DNA of 64,000 bases from Octopus vulgaris (GCA_951406725.2 OX597823.1:49104001-49168000); one strand, 5' to 3'. Shown: positions 1 to 12,125, counted from the stretch's first letter. Numbers and translations: made by a program. The notes: a model not told the origin generated them from the sequence alone.

Positions 1-908
1 TGAAGCCAATATTGATGAACATATGTATTCTTAGATATTCTATGTTGGGAAAAACAGAATTTTGTTGTGTCTAGTTAGTTGGATATTTAACCAATTGACT
101 AATAATAAAGGAGTGGAATTGAACCAGTGTGTGAGTTAATAATATTGGCATAATGACTCTTCTTAGACACAACAAAATTTGTTTCAAGACATGAATTCAT
201 ATAAAGAATCTTTCATACCAGATATAAAAATGAAGTAAAAATAAAAACATAACTGTTATTATGTGAATGTCTTTGATAATAAGTCTGTTCAACTTGGAAT
301 GATTTGAGATTAAGTAACTATGATATGACAACAAATACACTGTTGCATCCAACAGTATATAACTAATAAATACTCTATTTCTTTGATGTTCTAGAAAGTT
401 CAGTTTCTCCCCAGAGGTATATATTGGAGAGGGGCGTTCTTGTAAAGTCAATGGGGTTGCACGTTTTAACAGTTACCTCTGATTGCAAAAGGTCAACAAA
501 TTCACTATATCAACTCAGTAAGAAGTACTAATTTAATTTACATCATCATCATCATTATCACCCAGTACCAACAAAAACAATAACAACGACACCTTCACCA
601 GCAGCAGCAACACCACCACCACCACCATCATCATCACCATTATGATGCAGCTGCCACTGTGAGTACACTGCCACCAGCAACAACACCAGCACTATCCCTG
701 TTCTTACAACAACAAGAACAACTTCTGTTTCACCTGATTACATTAAACCATCTTTAATTTCCTTTCACAATGAATGCCTTAAACCAATGGTTTCCATTTA
801 CACTCTTTACAGTTCATATTTCCAACATTCTAAAACATCAAATCCATTCAACTAAAATAACTCCTAACCAATAATATATCTTACTAGGGTCACTTTCTCA
901 CTCTCCCA

Positions 909-951
<43 letters not shown>

Positions 952-1761
952 CATACATATATAAGCAAAAAAGCTAGTTCTAAAATCTCTCTAAGAGATC
1001 AACGTAGTAGTTGTACTAACAATTAATGTTCTTAGCTACTTCAACACAGCTATTCCATTTGAACGGACTTTACTGGGATTTTTTATACTCCAAGAGGACA
1101 TCTCCTGTAGCTGGTTAACAACGCACAGCTGCTTTCGATATATAGTTCCCTCACCTGTCTTCATCTTTTGTTCTCTATAAATTTGAACCACACACACATA
1201 CACATATATGTATATATATATAAACCATTAGAAGTCAGGAGGTATGAGAGGTGAATACATTTATTTAATCATTTGTTATCCTTAGGATTACAACCATCTC
1301 ACAGCCCTCATCATGTAATAATAATTTCAATGTATAATAAATTATTCTATATGTCTACACCAATATGCATACTACACATTGTACAGTACAATTGTTTACT
1401 TACACATCAACACTGATGAAGTAGGCTAGCTCATCAGATCAGCAGAACATCATGATTACACCAATACTTCAACTCTACTTATACATTACAAATTTTCCTT
1501 TATATACACAATGTATGGAAGACTGATACTAGATAAAATTAGCATAGCATGGTTATAAAATAAATAAATATAAATAATAAATAATAAATATATTTGGTAT
1601 CATATCATTTAAGATGGTGGGTCTAAGTTTAGGAAAATGACTATCTTTAATGTAAACAAAAGTCAGGAAAGGGATATGAGAGGAAGTAAAGTGGTTAAAT
1701 TAAATGATTTTTTTTAGGAAGTATTCAAAATACTTATAAAAATTATAAATATACATACATA

Positions 1762-2708
1762 GGATGGCTGTGGTAAGTAGCTTGCTAACCAACCACATGG
1801 TTCCAGGTTCAGTACCACTGCATGGCAACTTGGGCAAGTGTCTTCTACTATAGCCTCAGCTGACCAAAACCTTGTGAGTGGATTTGGTAGACGGAAACTG
1901 AGAAAATCCCGGTGTATATATCTATATATATAAAACTGTAGTTGTGTGAGTGTCTGTCCCCTTCGATTTAGATTCCTAACTACTCCCACATTTTGCAGTG
2001 CAGTTTAACCAAATTCGGGTATCTTATAGTCGTGATTCATATCGAGCCTGTCTAAGTATTAGAGCGCGTCTACAATGAGTCTACGATTTTAAAAATAATT
2101 TAACATAATTTTTTATTCCATTTTAATGCATAATTTTTCGTGTGTTGATGGCGGCGGAGTTGGCGTCCATGGTCACACCTGCACCTGTGTTCTCCCCCTT
2201 CTTCTCTCTCTCGTGAAGCTGTGGGGAAGGGAGTGTAAGAAAATCAACGTCGTAAAGCGTTGTCAAGGAGACCAGCGTTCTTTTAGAACAACGACTTCAT
2301 GGCTTGAAGACACCAAAACAGATATGGCTAAGAAAGCCCGAATTGGCATCTATAAGGGAAGTAACTCTCTAAAAATGCTTATATAGTTATTTCCCTTACA
2401 AACCCGAGCAACGCCAGGCGATACTGCTAGTATACATATATGTATGTATGTATGTATGTATGTATATATGTATGTATGTATATATGTATGTATGTGTGTG
2501 TGTGTATGTTTGTTTGTGTGTGTGTGTTTGTTCCCCCACAACATCGCTTGCCAACTGATGCTGGTGTATTTACATCCCTGTAAGCTAGTAGTTCAGCAAA
2601 AGATATCAAAAATAAGTACTTGGCTTACAAAGAATAAGTCCTGGAGTGGATTTGCTTGACTAAAGGCAGTGCTGCTGTCAAATGACTGAAACAAGTAAAA
2701 GAATAAAG
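1762..2708 (+). mobile_element. tRNA-headed CORE-like SINE (family A), interrupted by a Helitron in its central microsatellite
   Basis: Box A-like TGGCTGTGG, box B-like GGTTCAGTACC and CTTGGGCAAGTGTCTT core; 3' tail ending ...GACTGAAACAAGTAAAAG shared with many copies in the window. Confidence 0.8.
1921..2430 (+). mobile_element. Non-autonomous Helitron
   Basis: 5' end A|TCTATATATATAAAAC; 3' subterminal hairpin-like CCCGAGCAACGCCAGG followed by CTAG|T; A-T insertion site without TSD; both ends match 20641-21030. Confidence 0.8.
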
Positions 2709-2819
2709 GAATATATATTTAAATATGTATGTGTATGCATATCTATATATGTATGTATATAGTAGTGTCCAGCAACAGCAAAGAAGAAACACAGAAACAT
2801 ACACAGAAATATATTGGCG

Positions 2820-3027
2820 CAAGTGATGGCTGTTCCCTTTAAGGTCAGACTAAATAACCACAGGCACTCTTTTAGAATCAAAGAGAAGTGCAATTTATGC
2901 AATGTTACAGAATTAGCCAGTAGCAGAGGAAGGGACAACATACAAAATTTATTGGAAGCTGCTGAAACAACCTGCCTTACTGGAAGCAGACAGAGCAAGC
3001 TTTGCATAGCTGAGAGGAGAATAATTC
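2820..3027 (+). pseudogene. Decayed C-terminal fragment of a Penelope-like GIY-YIG endonuclease
   Basis: Translation PFKVRLNNHRHSFR...TELAS...GSRQSKLCIAERRII resembles the FKxRxxNHxxSF...TxLS...CxLCxxEKxxI pattern; its last ~50 bp recur inverted at ~3461-3509. Confidence 0.55.
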
Positions 3028-3036
3028 TAAAATTAA

Positions 3037-3201
3037 GGCGCAGGAGTGGCTGTGTGGTAAGTAGCTTGCTAACCAACCACATGGTTCTGGGTTCAGTCCC
3101 ACTGCATGGCATCTTGGGCAAGTGTCTTCTGCTATAGCCCCGGGCCGACCAATGCCTTGTGAGTGGATTTGGTAGACGGAAACTGAAAGAAGCCTGTCGT
3201 A

Positions 3202-3252
<51 letters not shown>

Positions 3253-3450
3253 TTGTGTGTCTGTGTTTGTCCCCCTAGCATTGCTTGACAATCGATGCTG
3301 GTGTGTTTACGTCCCCGTCACCTAGCGGTTCGGCAAAAGAGACCGATAGAATAAGTACTGGGCTTACAAAGAATAAGTCCCGGGGTCGAGTTGCTCGACT
3401 AAAGGCGGTGCTCCAGCATGGCCGCAGTCAAATGACTGAAACAAGTAAAA
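3037..3450 (+). mobile_element. Family A SINE, near full length and young
   Basis: GGCGCAGGAGTGGCTGTGTGG head, box B GGTTCAGTCCC, central (TA)n(TG)n, CpG-retaining tail. Confidence 0.9.
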
Positions 3451-4448
3451 GTGTATGTTATATTATTCTCTTCTCAGCTATGCAAAGCTTGCTCTCTCTG
3501 CTTCCAGTATGTTATATTATATTATACAGAAAGGTTAAGATGTTTCAAACAAGTAAATTTATATTAAAAGACAAAAGAAGAAAGAAAGTATTTACATTTT
3601 TACCAAAATAGACTACCTGTTTCAATCACTTTAAAAGATGATTTAGTCATGCTGAAAAAGAAGGAAATATAAACTGAAAAGAAATTTTTCATGATATATT
3701 TTCTGAAAGTCCACGTGTTTTCTTACAAAAGCCCAAGGGGCTGGTAGTTGGTTTCCTTCTGATAATTGTTGGGTTGTAGTAGGAGTAACAGTTCAAGCAG
3801 AGGCAGTTGTCCTTTATCATTAAGGAGTGTCTATAGCAAAAGTGAGATAAAAGAAATAACTCAGACTGGCAAGTACCTTGTATAGGAACAACAGATACAA
3901 ATACAGGTATAGTAGATAACATACAACATAAATTCTTGGTTCATTAAGCTTAGAGGGTGTGTCACAGATACTAAATCACAACTGAGAATAGTTTTGTAAG
4001 AGAAGAGGGTTAATATATCAGGAATCTAGAATTCTTCAGAGTTGACATGTCGTTAAGTAAAGGAGAGGCTGGAGATAAGAAGACATGTATTTCGGCCTCA
4101 ACAGCTGTCATTAGCATAACAGGTGTCCTGTGCTGGTGATGCCTATTGAGGTAGGAACAATTTGGCACTTAGTAATAGTTCCACATCTGCCCTTTGGTAA
4201 TTGTGACACAATTTCTAGAGGTAGAGAAATGTTATTTAATCAAGAATTTATGTTGTATGGTATTTGACATCACTGTATGCCTGTTGTTTATTTACATGCT
4301 TCTGGCCACTCTGAGTTTTTTTGTTTTAGCTATTTTTTGTCTTATATATGCATGTGTGTATATATATACACATACACACATATATGTGTGTGTGTGTGTG
4401 TGTGTGTGTAGGTATGTCATTATTCAGTTTTATTTCAAGATTTCTTGC

Positions 4449-4610
4449 CAGGAGTGGCTGTGTGGTAAGTAGCTTGCTTACCAACCACATGGTTCCGGGT
4501 TCAGTCCCACTGCGTGGCACCTTGGGCAAGTGTCTTCTACTATAGCCTCGGGCTGACCAAAGCCTTGTGAGTGGATTTGGTAGACGGAAACTGAAAAGAA
4601 GCCCGTCGTA

Positions 4611-4650
<40 letters not shown>

Positions 4651-4871
4651 TGTGTGTGTTTGTGTGTCTGTGTTTGTCCCCCTAGCATTGCTTGACAACC
4701 GAGGCTGGTGTGTTTATGTCCCCATTACTTAGTGGTTCGGCAATAGAGACCGATAGAATAAGTACTGGGCTTACAAAAAGAATAAGTCCCGGGGTCGAGT
4801 TGCTCGATTAAAGGCGGTGCTCCAGCATGGCCGCAGTCAAATGACTGAAACAAGTAAAAGAGTAAAAGAGT
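4449..4871 (+). mobile_element. Family A SINE, young
   Basis: Near-identical to 3037-3450; terminal GTAAAAGA repeats. Confidence 0.9.
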
Positions 4872-5228
4872 AATAGAGAAAGAGTTGGTTTCGAACCTAG
4901 ATCCAAAGCTGGAATTTCAACATCAACAACAGGATACTTTTGTATGTATGTATGTATGTATGTATGTATGTATGTATGTATGTATGTATGTATGTATGTA
5001 TGTATGTATTGATGGATGGATGGATGGACGTATCAGTGGCTTGTGGTGATTGTTGTATTGGGTGTGCTGCCACACCCAATGCCACCAAATTTCAAGTAGG
5101 GTTATAACAAAATTTTTCCTTTAAGATTTGTGATTAAATTAATGAATAAGGCTAATATTTATGATGAATTTGCCATTTTCGATGGGTGTGCAGTACACAC
5201 CTAGCACACCCAGAATATATGCCCCTAG

Positions 5229-5314
5229 TATGTATGTATGTATGTATGTATGTATGTATGTATGTATGTATGTATGTATGTATGTATGTATGTATGTATG
5301 CATGCATGTATGTA

Positions 5315-5349
<35 letters not shown>

Positions 5350-5480
5350 ATGTATGTATGTATGTATGTATGTATGTGTGCGTGTGTATGTATGTATGAA
5401 TGTATGTATGCATGCAAGTATATATGTATGTACGTACGTATGTATGTATGCACGTATGCATGCATGTATGTGTGTATGTA
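5229..5480. repeat. (TATG)n/(TG)n compound microsatellite
   Basis: Directly visible; produces spurious HTYI/MYVC ORFs. Confidence 0.95.
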
Positions 5481-6404
5481 TACTCTACTTAAAATCTCTC
5501 ATTCCTTTTCTGCTGTCATTCCACTCACTCCTACAAGTGAATCTTAATTTCGTTTCTCTCACTTTTTAAGAAATTATTGCCAGATAGCTCATATACTTTC
5601 AGTAAATTTAATGCCCTTAACCCTTAACACACACAGAACTCAACAACTGGTATTTGACTTTCTTCGTGCTTATGTTAAACTATCGTTGTTATTTTTAATT
5701 CACCCACTGTAAACTAAAACAAGTGTTGATAAGCAACATACCAACCAACCTTCCAACAATTACTGCTAGCTTCTTGAAATTCTGATTTGTTCCAAGACCC
5801 ACCGACCAGTTCTAAACTTAGTTGTTCTTATATTATCATATCCCCCAACACTCTCTCTGTCTGTTTCTATTTCTCTCATTCATTCCCTGCCCAACACATA
5901 TCTCAGTGGAATTTCATTAACAGCATTCAACAACCATTAACTCATATACATGTAGCTTTTACTCTTTCCCTCTCCATCTCTTTTACTGCTACTGTCATAA
6001 CATCTTTACCTATGAATTCTCTCTTCTTATCACTCCCACTCTCTCTCTCTCTCTCTCATGGTTGCTTCCACTAGAATATTTCCTCTCTCTGCTCTTGTTT
6101 GATGGGGCTGGGGGTCATCCCAGGTTAGCAGACCCAGAGGTGTCATCATGTGCAGAGCAACCAGGGCTACCAGTTCCATATCCTACATTCTAGAAATTCA
6201 AACTTAGCACTTCATTCAGTTCATTCACCCTGAACTGCTACCGACTGGGAATCCTTCCATTTTTCTTTCAGTTGTCAGCATTCAAATGCTTCATCATAAC
6301 ACTGACCACATCAATCTTACCAGCCTGAGAATGTTTTCTGTCATTTCCTCTCTAACTAATAAATTTTAAAATGCTTACACAGGTAAGACACATCCACAGC
6401 AGAA

Positions 6405-6459
<55 letters not shown>

Positions 6460-6524
6460 CATACATATATACATATATATACATACATATATATATATAT
6501 ACATACATATACATACATATGGAT

Positions 6525-6565
<41 letters not shown>

Positions 6566-6768
6566 ACAAAGTGTATTTTTCCCTTTTGCCTGCGTGGATT
6601 GTTTTCAAGTACTTTGGTTTTTCTGGGAGCCCCTTTTAAAGTAGAAGGAATATCTAAGATTTTTTGACTGCTATTTCTAAACTTCGGTATGTGGTGAAAC
6701 AAATCTTAGCTAAACCCTAATTATATATATATACATATATATATATATGTATATATATATATACATAC

Positions 6769-6809
<41 letters not shown>

Positions 6810-6814
<5 letters not shown>

Positions 6815-6921
6815 TTTATAGAAGGAGCTTCTACAGGACTAATACTGTTTCATTCAAATGAAATCATCATTCATTTGAATGAAACAGTACTAGTCCTGTA
6901 GAAGCTCCTTCTATAAAATAA
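6810..6921. repeat. Near-perfect ~52-bp-arm fold-back with hammerhead 3' half (Penelope-like pLTR remnant)
   Basis: TTATTTTATAGAAGGAGCTTCTACAGGACTA...TTCAAATGAA is the reverse complement of TTCATTTGAATGAAACAGTACTAGTCCTGTAGAAGCTCCTTCTATAAAATAA; minus strand reads TGATGA...GAAAC...GTC. Confidence 0.75.
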
Positions 6922-6988
6922 ATTAATTTACTCTGCTATGTATTGAGTACCTTATTTACTGTGGTTAACCCCGACTCAACCCGGGACC

Positions 6989-7026
<38 letters not shown>

Positions 7027-7062
7027 CTCAAGAAGAGATCAGAGTAGTAACTATACTAAGAC

Positions 7063-7513
7063 GTGAAGTCATTTGTCACATCAAAGTGACTGTTCCATGT
7101 TACTACTAGTTTAACCCCAGGCAGATTCACTGCCAGTCAGTTACCAGTGTGACTCTGCACCCTTTATATACAATACATTATCAGTGGGGGAGCAAACCCC
7201 TACCAACCTTTAACAGGTGACAGGATCATGAGACTGGCTCAGTTTTGAGCTATGTTGGTTGGAAGCGGACTCTGGCAATCGCCCTGGCAGGTAGGTGCTT
7301 GTGACTGAGGATGAGCCAAATAGCTTGAAACTGAATCAGTCTCACTATCCTGTTACCTACTAGAGGGTGGTAGGGATTTGTCCACCCCCTGCTGACAATA
7401 TATTGTGTATAAAGGGTGCAGAGTCACACTGGTAACCAGGTGGCAGAGAATCTGCTTAGGGTTAAACTAGTGGTAGCATGGAACTGTCACTTTGATGAGG
7501 CAACTGACTTTAC
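7063..7513. mobile_element. Fold-back element (~195-bp inverted arms) carrying a hammerhead ribozyme; probable Penelope-like pLTR
   Basis: 7063-7258 is an imperfect reverse complement of ~7316-7513; flanked by (TA)n/(TACA)n. Confidence 0.8.
7291..7360 (+). ncRNA. Type-I hammerhead ribozyme (minimal, PLE-type)
   Basis: GTGA-CTGAGGA-T-GAGC(CAAATA)GCTT-GAAA-CTG(AAT)CAG-TC-TCAC: helix I GUGA/UCAC extended by GUAGGU/ACCUAC, helix II, helix III, GUC cleavage triplet at 7339-7341. Confidence 0.75.
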
Positions 7514-7525
7514 TTTTTTCATACG

Positions 7526-7587
<62 letters not shown>

Positions 7588-7678
7588 CATGTATATATAC
7601 ATGTATATCTATATCTATATACATACATGTATATATACATGTATGTATGTATATGCATATATATATATATATATATAC

Positions 7679-7738
<60 letters not shown>

Positions 7739-7857
7739 CTTATAAACAAGGGCAAAAGAAAAAATTCTAAGGCCAAATATGCCGAAAATAGACTTAAATC
7801 ATCAATAACCATATAACCATATATGTATATATGTATGTATGTATGTATCTATATCTA

Positions 7858-7893
<36 letters not shown>

Positions 7894-8732
7894 GGTAAGA
7901 TCCAGGGATCAAGGTGTAAGGAGTTAATGAGCTTCAAGCAATCTGTAGAAGATATGAAAAAAACTTCCAGGAACAATAGTGGTTTATTGGCACAGAAGGT
8001 TGTGAATTGGTCCCTTATCAAAGTACGATAAACTGAAAAGAGTTAATTCTATAGTTCACAGTTAGCAACAGGGGTAGTCGTATAAGCAAATAAATGTCCC
8101 AAAACGTAGAGAATGGAATAGGTAAGTTCAAGCTACATATGTTTCATAGCTAACAGAACCTCAGAAGTAGTAAATTATCCAAACAAGGGTTTTACACACA
8201 CACACACACACATTTTAATGTAGAATACATGGATTTATATAATTCAGTGGTAATCACAAAATAGCTCCAAGCAGGCTACAACCACATCATAGACTAATAT
8301 GCAGGAGTATAAAATATAGAGTTGTATGCAGTTGAAATCCAATTTATTATAGACTAAAATAAATTATTTTTGCATGATATTAGCCGTGAAATGCCTGTCA
8401 CCCTGTGGATATCAACTAGTGAAATAAACATATTCATTACAAATCTCCTAACTTACTTTATATTCCCTACACTCACACACACGCACACACGCATAAACAG
8501 GCATTTATATATATGTTTGTTTGTTTTATATTTGATTATACAATTTTACATTAATCTGATGGGTTACTCTATACTTTTGTAGAGTACAAATTTGCTATTT
8601 CTTAAACAAGAATATTATTGACAGTGACTTCAAAGCTTTACTTGTTGAAACTTCGAAGTCACTATAAATGATAACCTTGTTTAAGATTAATAAATAAATA
8701 AATTTTTTAAAAAAATTAAATATATACATTAC

Positions 8733-8764
<32 letters not shown>

Positions 8765-8804
8765 ATGTACACACACACACAAACACACACACACACAAAC
8801 ACAT

Positions 8805-8869
<65 letters not shown>

Positions 8870-9186
8870 CATGATATTAGCTGTGAAATGCCTGTCACCC
8901 TATGGATATCAACTGGTGAAATAAATATATTTTGACTGCTATTTCCAGTGTGGTGATATCTCTTAGACACCCTGAATTATAATTTTAATAATAATTATTA
9001 CCTTTGAAGGTTTTTATCCCCATGCTGGCCACCTGATAAGATCGGTATTTAAATAACGATTGTATCCTTATTTATATGAATTTATATATATATATGTATA
9101 TATATATTCACACATATAATTTATATATATATATGTATATATATATATATTCACACATATAATAATGATAATAATGATAATAATAA

Positions 9187-9217
<31 letters not shown>

Positions 9218-9352
9218 AATAGTAATAATAAAAAGTAACAACAAAAGAATGAGACCTCAATATTAGATAAATAGAAGATTATTTATATATAACTTAGAAC
9301 TAACAGTAAAAGGTTGTCATTATAGTACTTAGAGTTTCAAATGTTGCCTTTA

Positions 9353-9411
9353 ATAGCTGACAAGAATGTATCATAGTTCTCCGCTCCGACATTTGAAACT
9401 CCGAGGACTAT
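9353..9411 (+). ncRNA. Degenerate type-I hammerhead ribozyme within fold-back 9287-9445
   Basis: ATAG-CTGACAA-GAATGT...ACATTT-GAAA-CTCCGAG-GA-CTAT; the core G-to-A change fits CpG decay; the inverted arm has GTA at the cleavage triplet. Confidence 0.6.
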
Positions 9412-9465
9412 AATGACCACCTTTTACAGTTTGCTCTAAATTATAACATATATATACATATAGAT

Positions 9466-9516
<51 letters not shown>

Positions 9517-9598
9517 CTGATAGAAAGGTTGTTAGATATACAGATGTATATATATATATATGTATATATATGTGTGTGTATATATATATATATGTGTA

Positions 9599-11229
9599 CA
9601 GTTGCGGCCAAAATGTTCAGAACGGCATTGTTTTCGTCAGAAAAGTAGATATAATTTTTTATCAAAGTTGTTTTATATTCTATAATTTCCACAGACAATA
9701 AATACGATATTATTTGTTATTGTCTGAGGTTTTGGTGTACTTTGAGAGGATAATACAAAAGTTATGGATGATTTAGTGATTTACTGCAAAACCCATGGCG
9801 GCCAAAATTATCAGAACGGTTGCTTTTACTCCGTGTTTTAGTATATTTAACCGGCGAACTCTAATGTTTTGAATTTGTTTACGTGACGGTTCGTTTACTA
9901 AACATTAGTAAGAATATTTGCAGTGTCCTTTGTTAATATAATGCCACTTACTCCGTTACCAATTCGTCAGCAGATTATTAAGCTTCGAAGGAAGGATAAT
10001 TTAAGTATTGGATCTATTGCAAAGATTGTTAACAAGTCAAAAAATGTTGTACACGGTATTCTTAAGGTCTACGATGATCGTGGTTTGTGTGAAGCAAGAA
10101 AGTTTACAGGTAAGCCAAGAAAAACGACCAAGAGAGAAGATCGTGCTATGGTAAAGTTGATTAAAAAGGACAGATTTAAAACTGCTGCTGCTGTTTCTCG
10201 GAAAATGAGCATTGTATTGAAGAAAACTTTATCTCGAAAAACTGTGTCTCGTCGTTTAGTTGAACATGACCTACAAGCAAGAGCACCTGCAGTGAAGCCA
10301 CTGATCAGCTCCAAGAATAAAAAGTGTCGTCTTACCTTTGCAACCGAACATGTGTTGTGGTCTCAAGAAAAATGGCAAATGGTGCATTTCAGTGATGACT
10401 CTAAGTTTATGCTATTTGGCTCAGATGGGAAAAGGTACGTTCGTAGAAAAATAGGTGAAAAATTGTTGCCTAAATGCCTTAAGACTAGTGTTAAATTCAG
10501 TGGAGGAAGTGTCATGGTTTGGGGAATGATATCTGGAGATGGTGTGGCACCCTTTGGTGCGATTACATGGAAAGTTAAATGCAGGAGTTTATAAACAACT
10601 TGTAAAAGATCATGTCTTGCCTGTGCTGAGAAATTCAACTAAGCGACCACCCATATTCATGCAGGACAATGCCCCATGTCACAAGGCTAAGGTGGTCATG
10701 AACTTCCTCAAGGCTGAAAAGGTTATTGTTATGGATTGGCCAGCTCAAAGCCCAGATCTCAATCCTATTGAAAATGTGTGGAATATTCTAGGAGAACGTT
10801 CGAAAGCCAGAAATCCTGAAAACAACTGAGCAATTATGGAATGCCCTTCAGGAAGAATGGAATAAGATCACCCAGCAAGAAATTGAAAATTTAATTTCCT
10901 CATGCAGTCGAAGATGTCAGAGTGTGATTGAAGCTAAAGGGCTTCACACTAAATATTAAATAATTCCAGTATTCTCTGTCATTTTTTATTATTTTGTTAT
11001 TTTTTCAACCGTTCTGATCATTTTGGCCGCCATGGATTTTGCAGTAAATCACTAAATCATCCATAACTTTTGTATTATCCTCTTAAATTACACCAAAATC
11101 ACAGACAATAACAAATAATATTGTATTTATTGTCTGTGAAAATTATAGAATATAAAACAACTTTAATAAAAACTTATACCTACTTTTCTGACGAAAACAA
11201 TGCCGTTCTGAACATTTTGGCCGCAACTG
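9599..11229 (+). mobile_element. Full-length Tc1-family DNA transposon (IR/DR type)
   Basis: TA|CAGTTGCGGCCAAAATG...CATTTTGGCCGCAACTG|TA; ~224-bp TIRs (9599-9822, 11006-11229), each with outer and inner direct repeats GCGGCCAAAAT(G/T)(T/A)TCAGAACGG. Confidence 0.97.
9941..10959 (+). pseudogene. Tc1 DD34E transposase with two +1 frameshifts (~10552, ~10820)
   Basis: Paired-like HTH, GKPRKT linker, FSDDSKF, VMVWG, FMQDNAPCH-WPAQSPDLNPIENVW (34 residues between D and E), C-terminal GLHTKY*. Confidence 0.95.
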
Positions 11230-11611
11230 TATGTATGTATGTATGTATGTATGTATGTATATATGTATGTATACACACACACACACACACAAACATATAT
11301 GCATATTATATTATATATCACTAATTTTTCTATTTGGTTTGCAAGATTCTTTACGTGAATTCGTGTGTTGAAATAAATTTTGTTTTGTCTAAGGAGTGGC
11401 ATTACGGCAATATTAATAACACAAGTCACTGCTTCAGTTCCATTCTCATATTAGTAATGAATTTTGTTAAATAGTTGGATAGATATTTAACCAATTGGAT
11501 TAATAACAAAGAAGTGGAGTTGAATCAGTACATATATTATTGATATTAGTTTAATGACTCTCCATAGACATAAAATATTTTATATATATGTAAATAAATG
11601 TATGCATACAT

Positions 11612-11667
<56 letters not shown>

Positions 11668-11678
11668 ATATCTCAATT

Positions 11679-11713
<35 letters not shown>

Positions 11714-11799
11714 GTGTATATATGTATATATTCTTATATTCACATGTGTGTGTGTGTGTGTGTGTACATTGATGATATATATATATATATATATAATAA

Positions 11800-12105
11800 A
11801 GTTTGCTTCCCAACCACATGGTTCCTGGCGGCACCTTGGGCAAGTGTCTTCTACTATAACCTCGGGCCTTGTTAGTGGATTTGGTAGACGGAAACTGAAA
11901 GATGCCTGTCAGATATGTATGTATGTCTATGTGTGTGTGTCTTTGTGTCTATGTTTGACAACCAGTGCTGGTGTGTTTACATCACCGTAACTTAGCAGAT
12001 CAGCTAAAGGAACTGATAGAATAGGTACTATGCTTAAGAAGTAAGTCCCAAGACAGTGCTCCAGCATGGTCGCAGTCAAATGACTGAAAGAAGTAAAAGA
12101 GTACA
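11800..12105 (+). mobile_element. Family A SINE, partial
   Basis: Core and tail similar to other copies. Confidence 0.75.
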
Positions 12106-12125
12106 TGAATAAAAGAATATGTATA

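Noticed and set aside
230-510. Possible Penelope RT remnant on the minus strand (PLSNIYL...)
   Set aside because: Too short and degenerate; no YxDD motif recognisable
3037-3110. tRNA gene
   Set aside because: Box A/B-like motifs belong to SINE heads; no complete cloverleaf, and they continue into the SINE body
2678-3291. Recurrent peptides EDTCPRCHAVGLNPEPCG and [23 protein letters not shown] suggesting a gene family
   Set aside because: They are translations of the family A SINE head in different frames
4070-4110. Minus-strand CTGTTGAGGCCGAAATACATGTC hammerhead-like motif
   Set aside because: Helix II is essentially absent and the core is mutated; not supportable from one copy
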